In this document: positions 1 through 9,700 of the stretch, in pieces
Layout: each line of letters begins with the position of its first letter
How positions within the stretch are numbered: position 1 is the stretch's first letter
Assembly (NCBI GenBank): GCA_030390025.1
Contig: JASTWF010000360.1
Coordinates: 248,001 to 312,000, forward strand
Reading direction: 5' to 3'
DNA length: 64,000 bases
From: Squalus acanthias
Taxonomy: Eukaryota
The notes under the pieces: generated by a model
What the model was told of the DNA's origin: nothing
The model's input: the letters and a program-made list of their open reading frames with translations, nothing else
The model's database searches: none
Made by a program: the position numbers and the translations under genes

Positions 1-2632
1 ATAAATGCAATTGAAAGGAAGGATATTAACTCAGTTAATACAGAATCTATATGGGTGGAGCTAAGAAATAGCGAGGGGCGAAAAACATTAATAGGAGTGG
101 TATATAGGCCTCCAAATAGTAAAATAGAGGTTGGGGAGGGCATCACGAGGGAAATTAGAGAAGCGTGCAATAAGAGCACAGCTGTCATCATAGGTGACTT
201 TAACTTACATATAGATTGGAATAGCCTAATCAGTAAAAATAATGAGGAGGAGGAATTCCTTGAGTGTTTAAGGGATGGTTATCTGGATCAATATGTCGAG
301 GAACCAACTCGGGAACAGGCTATATTGGACTGGGTACTGTGCAATGAGAAGGGACTAATTAGTAATCTTGTTGTACGGGGACCCTTGGGTCAGAGCGATC
401 ATAACATGATCGATTTCTCACTCGAAATGGAGAGCGAAGAAATTGACTCAGATACTAAGGTCCTGAATTTAAACAAGGGGAATTATGATGCCATTAGACG
501 GGAACTGAATAGGTCTGATTGGGCAACGTTCCTGGGAGGACTGGAGGTAGATAAACAATGGCAAGCATTTAAAGATAGAATGACAAAATTGCAAAAATTG
601 TTTATACCAATCTGGCATAAAAGGAAATCTAAAAAGGTGACTCAACCGTGGATAACAGGGGAAATTAGAGACAGCATAAAATCCAAAGATAGGGCGTATA
701 AAATAGCCAAAAAAAGCACCAGAGCGGAAGATTGGGAACAGTTTAAGATAGAGCAAAGGAGGACAAAGGGCTTAATCAAGAGGGGCAAAATAGCTTACGA
801 AAGCAAGCTGGCGGAAAATATAAAAACTAACTCCAAAAGCTTTTATAAGTATATCAAGAGGAAAAGACTGGTGAAAACCAAAGTTGGCCCATTGCAGTCA
901 GATACGGGGGAATATATAACGGGAAATAAGGAAATGGCAGACCAACTAAATGCATACTTTGGGTCAGTCTTTACGAAGGAAGACACAAAAAACCTCCCTG
1001 GGATATCGGGAAAAATAGGGACATTTGCAAAGGAGGAACTGACGCAAACCAATATCTCTAAGGATATGGTGTTAAGGAAGCTAAAGGGATTGAAGGCTGA
1101 CAAATCCCCAGGGCCTGATAACATGCATCCTAGGGTGCTGAAGGAGGTGGCCCTAGAGATAGCGGATGCACTAAGTATGATTTTTCAGAATTCATTAGAC
1201 TCGGGAACAGTGCCCATCGATTGGAGGGTAGCTAACGTTACCCCACTATTCAAAAAGGGGGGTAGGGAAAAAGCAGGTAATTACAGACCTGTAAGCCTTA
1301 CATCAGTTGTGGGCAAAATGCTGGAGTCCATCATTAAGGATGAAATAGCGGAGCACTTAGCAAATGGGGACAGGATAGGACAGAGTCAACATGGATTTAC
1401 AAAGGGTAAATCGTGCTTGACTAATCTATTGGAATTTTTTGAGGGAGTAACTGGTAAAATAGATGGGGGAGAGCCAGTAGATGTGGTGTACCTGGACTTC
1501 CAAAAGGCCTTCGATAAGGTCCCACATAAAAGATTAGCAGGGAAAATTGAAGCTCATGGGATAAAGGGGAAAGTATTGACGTGGATAGAGAACTGGCTGT
1601 CAGATAGAAAACAGAGAGTTGGAATAAACGGCTCATTTTCTGAATGGCAGGCAGTAACAAGTGGGGTACCACAGGGATCTGTCCTGGGTCCCCAGCTGTT
1701 CACAATTTACATTAATGACCTGGATCAGGGAGTCGGATGCAGCATTTCCAAATTTGCAGACGACACTAAACTAGGAGGGGGGGTGGGCTCAGAGGAGGAG
1801 ACCAGGAAGCTCCAGAGCGATTTGGACAGACTGGGTGATTGGGTGGATAAATGGCAGATGCACTATAATGTGGACAAGTGCGAAGTTATCCACCTTGGGT
1901 GCAGGAACGGGAGGGCAAATTATTATTTAAATGGCAATAAATTGGGAGAGGGGGAAGTACAGAGAGACCTGGGTGTTCTTGTACACCAGTCACTGAAGGC
2001 GCGCATGCAGGTGCAACAGGCGGTCAAGAAGGCAAACGGTATGCTGGCCTTCATAGCAAAAGGGTTGGAATACAGGAACAGGGATACCTTGCTGCAGCTG
2101 TACAGGGCACTGGTGAGACCACACCTCGAGTACTGTGTACAGTTTTGGTCGCCTCATCTGAGGAAAGATGTTCTTGCCATGGAGGGGGTGCAGCGGCGAT
2201 TCACCAGGCTGATACCAGGAATGGCGGGATTGACCTATGAGGAGAGACTATGTAGTTTAGGGATGTACACACTGGAGTTTAGAAGATTGAGAGGGGACCT
2301 CATAGAAGTGTATAAAATTCTGACAGGTCTAGACAGACGAGATGCAGAAGGAATGTTTCCCTTGGCGGGTGAGAACAGAACTAGAGGACATAATTTAAGG
2401 ATAAGGGCTAAACCATTTAGGACAGAAATGAGGGGGAATTTCTTCACTCAGAGGGTGGTGAACCTGTGGAACTCATTGCCACAGAGGGCAGTGTACGCCA
2501 GCTCATTAAATATATTTAAGAGGGAATTAGATATATTTCTACAGGCAAAAGGGGTTAAGGGTTACGGAGAGAAGGCGGGGACGGGATACTGAATTGGAGG
2601 ATCAGCCATGATCTCATTAAATGGCGGAGCAT
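1..2632 (+). mobile_element. CR1-clade LINE, near-intact ORF2 (AP endonuclease + reverse transcriptase), 5' part outside window
   Basis: 845-aa ORF 55-2592 with APE motifs (GVVYRPP, IGDFN, SDH), RT motifs (GVPQGSVLGP, FADD) and the CR1 C-terminus RPHLEYCVQFWSP. The 3' UTR is cut off at about 2632. Confidence 0.95.
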
Positions 2633-2646
2633 CCCCATGGACTTAC

Positions 2647-2724
2647 CTTCAGAAAGCAATGTTTATTCTCTTTTCCTCCTGATTTCAACTCCATTTTGGA
2701 TTTCCTGAGTTGTTTCAAAGGCAT
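2647..2724 (-). CDS. First coding exon of a second FAM111-like paralog (MPLKQLRKSKMELKSGGKENKHCFLK); the rest of the gene would lie left of the window
   Basis: Homologous to 54402-54479. ATG at 2724, GTAAGT donor at 2646-2641, tttcAG acceptor with exon start at 2773; 26 codons, phase 0. Confidence 0.75.
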
Positions 2725-2859
2725 GATTCTGTTTCTGTGGTTATCTCTGGAATAACGACAGACTGTAATATCTCTGAAATACAATGATTAATAAGCATGA
2801 ATAAAATACAGTGATATGGTGGTCAGGGATGAACTTATGTAGACCCTATAGGAAGGAAC

Positions 2860-3282
2860 ACAGAAACAGGAGGAGGCCATTCAGCCCCTCGAGCCTGTTA
2901 CACAGTACAGGAGGAGGCCATTCAGCCCCTCGAGTCTGTTACAAAGGAACAGCAGGAGGCCATTCAGCCCCTCGAGTCTGTTACACAGGAACAGGAGGAG
3001 GCCATTCAGCCCCTCGAGCCTGTTACACAGGAACAGGAGGAGCCCATTCAGCCCCTCAAGCCTGTTACACAGGAACAGGAGGAGGCCCATTCAGCTGCTC
3101 GAGCCTGTTACACAGGAACAGGAGGAGGCCATTCAGCCCCTCGAGACTGTTACACAGGAACAGGAGGAGGCCATTCAGCCCCTCGAGCCTGTTACACAGG
3201 AACAGGAGGAGGCCATTCAGCCCCTCGAGCCTGTTACACAGGAAGAGGAGGAGGCCATTCAGCCCCCTCGAGTCTGTTACAC
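2860..3282. repeat. 42-bp minisatellite (AGGAACAGGAGGAGGCCATTCAGCCCCTCGAGCCTGTTACAC)n, interrupted by the provirus and resuming at 15904-15972
   Basis: Tandem units directly visible; the unit continues across the ACAC TSD. Confidence 0.95.
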
Positions 3283-4903
3283 TGTAGAATTCGCAATATA
3301 TCGCGATTTTATTAATAAGGAGAAAACACAGAGTTTCGTTCAAACAGCTTTTATTTCAGCAGAATGCTGACAGGTTTAAAGTGGACACAAGCAGCCTGTA
3401 AAATGGCCGCCGCACCTCGTGAGAGAACATTCTAGACTTTTCAACAGGCAGACAAGATGGCGTTCCAATAAACATTTGTGCAAGATCGATTAAGAGTCAG
3501 CACAGTGAAGATAATACACGAGACATTATGGGTTTGCAGTATACACATAAATACTGAAATCGGTCTCCCAGGTACAAAGGAAAGCCATTGTACCGAGTAA
3601 TCAAGGGCCCATCCAAAAGACATTAATATGTAAAATCCCAACGACTCTACGATGAGAGAGCCGTTAGCAGGTAGTTATACAGGACACTTGGAAGCCCCAA
3701 ACCCCTCCAGGGAGAACACCGACCGATTTAACAATGGGAGAAATATTAACAGGTACTCAGACATTTACGAGTAGCCCCGAAACCCATTAAGAACGGAGAT
3801 CACCCATACAAGACATTTGAGCGCCAAACCCTAAACAAAAGAATGGACATTATAGTTGGGCGGGAAACGGAAGATTTTTCACTATAATTGCAGGCTCCAA
3901 ACCGTCCATCTTTCGCTTGCTGCTCTTATCATCGTGGCTGCTCCTGTGTACTCGTAGTTGGGCTTCTGCTTGCCTGTTGCCTCTTCTGAAAAGACTGTTG
4001 AACTTTCTGATCCGTTCGGATCTACCTCGTGTCGCGTAACGAAGACCTATATTGGTAACCGGTATCGGAACCAAAAGGCCCGAGAAGAGATGAGATGAGA
4101 TGAGATGAGAAGAGAGGAAGACCATATCCATCGCCACGGTCAGTAAATCCCGACCGCGCCTGTAGGTCGATTAGCCAAGTTTTCCTCGCCAGGAAGACTT
4201 CTTCGAACTTATAACGAAACATATTGCATCGATGATAACTGGACTGTGCCCAAAGTAACTGGAATGTGAAAGCCACCAATACAGATCTTCATCACAGCAG
4301 ACGTTCCAGCCTGCTAGCCGGAGCAGCAGAAGCAAGTAAACAAGTGGGACCAGGAGATCTCCTGACCGACACGTGGGTGCTGCGGTGAAAAACATCCGAT
4401 CAGCTATTCGGAATTTCTCCGAGTTATCACGAGTGGTGAGCATGAGTCTCGAGATCCTACGAATCTAGTTTAGGATAGATATTGATAGGGGAGGGTTTCA
4501 GGATTAAGGATATTTGTAATGTGTGCCCCTATTTACTTTGTGCCGTTCGTTCCTCGTTTCCCTAAGATCGACTATATAACTGTTTGTAAGATTGTACTGT
4601 CATTAATCTGTGCTTATGACATGTATTTCATAATTTAAGTATCATGCAATAAAGATTTTCCATTTCGTACCATTCAAACCGAGTCTACATGAGTTTCATC
4701 TCCATTACTGCTCTCGCATCTAAGTCCAGTGTCTAGAACCGTAAGGGAGAGTGATTCGAACCACTCACAGGTGTGTCTAGTGTTCCCAGACTGGCTGGAG
4801 ACCAGAACAGGCAACGAGGCCTAGACCCGCACTGACATACAGGCTGCACAGAGCCGCGTGAATCTCACAGGCTGCGAGACACGCAGGGCCAGAATCCCTT
4901 ACA
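3283..4903 (+). repeat. 5' LTR (1621 bp)
   Basis: TGTAGAATTC...CCCTTACA. AATAAA at 4648-4653, (GATGA)n near 4088-4110, TATA-like CTATAATT near 3882. Confidence 0.97.
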
Positions 4904-4907
4904 GAAA

Positions 4908-6719
4908 ATGGCGACCGCGGCAGGACACTGGCAGCGAGAGGGTAGTGTGTTAGATTTTGGAATGACTGTACGAAATGTTATGCAGGAAAAGATAGCGGAT
5001 TATGTGTTTGGAAAGGTTAATCTAACTAAGAAATGGATAAGTGAATTGTTAGCGGATAAAAGCCCACGAGAGGCAGCTGAAAGGTGGACAGATAGTAAAG
5101 AACATAGAAAGACACTTGAGAAAGCAGTCTGGCTTATGTGTTACAAAAGGCAGGTTCAGATTTCAAACCAGACCATTACAGCGCTAGTAGCTCGAATCAG
5201 TCATTTAGAGGGAGAAATGGAGGAGAAGGTTTCTGGAGGGGAGGTGCTCATTAAGAATTTAAATGAGTTACACCAAGAAAGCCAGGAAGTCTCCAGTCAC
5301 CTTAAAACAAGGATAGATTATCTCGAGTGCCAGGTCACTGAGGCGAAGTTGAATGAGAGCAGGTTAAAGGAAAGATGTAACCGCCAAGCTGCCCAGATAA
5401 GAACTCAAGAAGAGAGCTTAACGGGGGTTAGGGCGGCATATAAGTTGGCCCTTGAGGATAAGTTTCAGGGAGCCGATCATAGCGCCTGCCAAAGGGAGAT
5501 AGATCACCTCAAAAAGGCCGTGAACAATGCGAACGGCATGGTGTGCCTTATCAATCCGTCGGCACACCAGCCGCTAGTAAATGAGAGATTTAGAAAATCC
5601 CCACCAAGTAAAGCAGAAGAAGTAGTAGCCACTGCGCCCTCCGCGCCACCCAGCTATTCAGAAACCTGGGTTAGGGAGGAAGCAATGGAAGAAACAAAAG
5701 AGCCCATTGAAAAAGAAGTAGGAAAGGGATCGTTGTATCCAGTAACGGGTATTAAAAGGGGCCCAAGCAGAAACGGTGGGGAAGAACCGGGGGATCTCCT
5801 CGGACAGTTGGTGTTGCCTCACAGTTCACATCAGCTGAGAGCTATGATAAATCACGTACGGAAGCTGACCGAGGCAGACGACCCTTCCGTACATTTCAGA
5901 GAAGTTGAGCAAGCCGCAGCCATTAACGGCTGCGATGATGGGGAAACAGCAAAAATGCTGCTGTTCTCATTAGACAGCTCGGTCCTTCAGTGTCTCTCAG
6001 GTGAGAGCAAGAGGGGAACCAAGAGTTATGAGGAATTAAAGAATGAGGTCCTGGAAGTGTTGGGGGCGAACGACGAAGGTCCGTTTGCTAGAGTGGGACA
6101 GACAGTGCAGATGGAGGGAGAACCCCCGAAGGTTTTTGCCGACAGGCTGTGGCCAGTATATGAGCGCAGCTGCCTAGGTGCGCCCGAGTGCGAAGATGTG
6201 GAAGGCACCGCTTTAACTCATTGGCTTAGGTGCATAATAGCCAACAGTTTACCAGCCGTCAGAGAGCAGGCAAAAGCATGGTTTGATCCCAATGACCCCA
6301 ACATTACGGAAGAGTCGGTCTTGAATCGACTCACGTTAGGTTATCGCAATATAAGGGGTATGGCAACACGTCCCCTTAAGGGAAGAGTACATGAGGTACG
6401 ACCCGCAGCCCCGTATCAAAGAGAGTGGCATCAGGAGGGTAATCGCGCCCCACAGGCAAGTAATGCTTGTTACGGGTGTGGGAAGACAGGGCACTGGCGC
6501 AAGCATTGCAGGAACCCTTGGAAGGATTCCAAGGATAAAAATCCCGCGGTCCGAGCCCAGGCGCCTGTCCCGGCTAGGGAAGCTAGTGCACCAACCCCTC
6601 CTGACGACCTCGAAGCAGTGTTAGGAGCCATGCGCAAGCTGGTCTTGAATGCGCGTGGACAGGTGGCGGTCGCAACCGGCCCCGTAGGTGCCGCAGGACC
6701 GTCTAATAGTACCCCATGA
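4908..6719 (+). CDS. gag: Gag polyprotein (coiled-coil N-terminal region, capsid-like region, one CCHC zinc knuckle)
   Basis: 603-aa ORF with CYGCGKTGHWRKHC knuckle and PSAPPSY late-domain motif, located between the PBS and pol. Confidence 0.92.
   Translation: MATAAGHWQREGSVLDFGMTVRNVMQEKIADYVFGKVNLTKKWISELLADKSPREAAERWTDSKEHRKTLEKAVWLMCYKRQVQISNQTITALVARISHLEGEMEEKVSGGEVLIKNLNELHQESQEVSSHLKTRIDYLECQVTEAKLNESRLKERCNRQAAQIRTQEESLTGVRAAYKLALEDKFQGADHSACQREIDHLKKAVNNANGMVCLINPSAHQPLVNERFRKSPPSKAEEVVATAPSAPPSYSETWVREEAMEETKEPIEKEVGKGSLYPVTGIKRGPSRNGGEEPGDLLGQLVLPHSSHQLRAMINHVRKLTEADDPSVHFREVEQAAAINGCDDGETAKMLLFSLDSSVLQCLSGESKRGTKSYEELKNEVLEVLGANDEGPFARVGQTVQMEGEPPKVFADRLWPVYERSCLGAPECEDVEGTALTHWLRCIIANSLPAVREQAKAWFDPNDPNITEESVLNRLTLGYRNIRGMATRPLKGRVHEVRPAAPYQREWHQEGNRAPQASNACYGCGKTGHWRKHCRNPWKDSKDKNPAVRAQAPVPAREASAPTPPDDLEAVLGAMRKLVLNARGQVAVATGPVGAAGPSNSTP
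4909..4926 (+). promoter_or_regulatory. Primer-binding site, tRNA-Arg(TCG)
   Basis: TGGCGACCGCGGCAGGAC is the reverse complement of GTCCTGCCGCGGTCG+CCA, the 3' end of vertebrate tRNA-Arg-TCG as I recall it. It starts 5 nt after the LTR end. Confidence 0.85.
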
Positions 6720-9700
6720 CTAGAACCGGCGCAGCCCGTCTACCTGTGTCCGCTTAGCTATGATGCGTGGAGGCGACCTGTGGTGGAGATGGAGGTAGAG
6801 AAACAGAAGGGTAGTTATTTGTTGGACACGGGAGCTTCTTGCACCATAATCCACACAGATAACCCTTTTGACTCGCCGCTATCTACCAAGGTCCCATTCA
6901 CGTTAGCAGGGTTCACAGGAAAAGAACAGGCTGGCACGTTTTCCCTTCCGCTATCCATTCGTTTAGGAACACTTCGCCTTAAGTGGAAGTGTATACTGAT
7001 GGCATGGCAAAAGGGGGGTGGAAGAGGTATTCTCGGGTCCGATCTCCTAGCGGGACACGGGATCCTCGTGGACCTCAGAAATCACTGTCTCTGGGGGGCT
7101 AAAGGTGAAAAAGGCGAGGTAATAGTGATTCCGGGGGAGGAAGAAACAGGGGTCCTGTGTACCGTACAGCCATCCGGAGGCTACGACCTCAGGCTTATGG
7201 TCGCAGATGTCCCAACGGACATGCAAACGTACGTGTCAGATAATATGCACGCGTTTGCAACCCACAAGCACAATTGTGGGAGAGTGGTCGGGTTTGAGGT
7301 CAGCGTAGATGGGGACCCCATGACCCGACCCCAAAAGCAGTATAACTTCCCCAAAGAAGCAGAACCCGATATGGAGACAGCAATGTCCTCCTTGGTGCAG
7401 CAGGGCGTGTTGAGGCCGATAGCCACACACGTGAACTCCCCATTATGGCCGGTTAGGAAGCCGGATAATTCGTGGAGAGCCACGGTGGACTACAGAGTCC
7501 TTAACAGTAACATTCCCGCCTGCGCGCCCACAGTAGCAGCAGTTGCTGACCTAATAGGGAGCATCCCAGCGTCCGCGACCACGTTCACGGTGCTGGATAT
7601 CTCGAACGGTTTTTGGTCCATCCCGCTGCGGCGAGAGGACCAGTACAAGTTTGCCTTTACTTTCAAAGGACAACAGTACACGTGGAACTGTCTGCCACAG
7701 GGTTTCCACAATAGCCCCAGTATTTTTCATCAGTGTATGGCAGGAAGTTTAAAGGAGTTTAGTCAGCCCAATCAGATAGTACAGTATGTGGATGATTTGC
7801 TCCTATTTACGGACTCAAGGGAGGAGCACGGACCACTACTGGACGAGTTATTGGAGCTGTTAGCGAGAAAGGGTTTTAAAATAAACCCGAAGAAAGCACG
7901 TATCGGTCAGCGGGAAGTAAAATTCCTGGGACTGACCATACGCGCTGGGGAAAGAGCCATAGACAAAGCAAGGAGGGAGTCGGTGCAAGAATTACCGATT
8001 CCCAACAACGTAAGGGGTGTGAGGTCCTTCTTGGGACTGACCGGTTACTGCAGGGATTTTATCGAAGATTATGCGGCCACAGCGGCGCCGCTCCTCCGAC
8101 TCCTCCATAAGGGGGTGGAGTGGTTTTGGGACGAGGGCTGCCAAGCAGCCTTCGAGAAGTTAAAAAGGGATCTGCAGACCGCGCCAGCCTTAGGGGCCAT
8201 AGATGGGGGGAAGGAGTTTTCCCTGGAGGTAGCTGCCAGCGGAGACAGTTTAAGCGCCGTGCTGCTCCAAGAGCGTCACGGCAAGCTGAGGCCGGTTGTC
8301 TATTCATCCAGGGTATTAACGGATGTGGAGAGAAGTTTCTCCAATTGCGAAAGGCACCTTTTAGCCACGCATTGGGCTGTGAAAAGATCAGCGATCTTCA
8401 CAGGGCTCTCTCCCATCACTCTCCTCACACATCACACACCAACTAAGATGCTTCTGGATGGGAGGATTAAAGACGGGACCGTAAGCAGCGCACGCATTGC
8501 GCGTTGGACCCTTCTTCTCTCCCAGTTGGATCTTAGAGTAAAAGGTCTTTGCGAGCCCAGGCTTGCGGCCAATCTGGTATACCCCGGTACAGCCCACCGG
8601 TGTTCGGTGGAAGGGGTGTGGGACGTCAACATAGGTTTACGGGCCGGGATACATCCCACTGGGCGCGAGATTTATGTTGATGGGTCTAGCACAGTATCTG
8701 CTGGCGAGCGACTCACAGGGTGTGGAGTTTATGACCCTGCGGCAGACCTTGCCCTGGCGATCAAGCTCCCTAGCACCATGAGCGCGCAGCAAGCCGAGCT
8801 GTCTGCCGTGGTGTACGTTGTGACCCACCCAGACATTTTCCCAACCCCATACACGATTTGCTCGGACAGTATGTTCACCTGCAATTCGTGTACGGAATAC
8901 CTGGCCATTTGGTCCCGCCGCGGATACACCTCCGCGGACGGGCGACCTTTAACGGTGAAGCCCTTGCTGGAAAAGATCTTAGCAGCAGCAGTAGGGGAGG
9001 AAGGAGAGATTTTCATCCATAAGGTGAAAGCTCACTCCTCCACAGAGCCCCGTGGGGAGGGCAACCGGCAGGCGGATGCGCTAGCCAGGGAAGGTGCCCG
9101 CGACGGCACTTTCTGGAACCCCTATAGGACCGGACCCATAGCAGCGGTCCGAGGCGGGGACGGGAATCCCGGGAACACCAGGGTAGCATTGCCCCTAGAC
9201 CTTAAGACCGTCCAAACCCAGGATCCCGCCCTAAAAGCAGTCCTAAAAACGATTGCTGAGGGGAGGCAGGTAGAAGGTCCGTACAGTACGGCAACCCTCT
9301 CAGTTAAGGAAGGCATGCTGTTCCGCGAGGAGCAGTGGGTTGTGCCGCAGCAGCACAGGAGGGAATTCCTCCAGTTGGCTCACGAGGGACCAGGGGCAGG
9401 GCACCCCGGGCCCGAGGTTACCTGGCAACGGGTAGAGCAAGCGGGATGGTGGCCAGGGCTCAGGGAACAAGTCCGCGAGTTCTGCGCAAACTGTCTTGTG
9501 TGCGCTGCAAACAACCCAGACCCCCAGAAAAGGAAGGTGCCCATGGGACACGTAAGAAGGGTAGAGGGACCATGGCAGTCGATACAGATCGACTATATAG
9601 GACCCCTGCCCACCACCCAGGGAGGTTATAAGTACTGCCTCGTCCTGGTGGATGTGTTTTCCAAGTGGGTGGAAGCCTTCCCTTGTCGAACAGCTACGGC

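Noticed and set aside
2860..3282. CRISPR-like appearance of regular repeats
   Set aside because: Head-to-tail units without unique spacers, no cas genes, vertebrate context.
3441..4443. Small antisense ORFs in the LTR as accessory genes
   Set aside because: Short, no recognisable motifs, and duplicated only because the LTRs are duplicated; not clearly preserved in the solo LTR.
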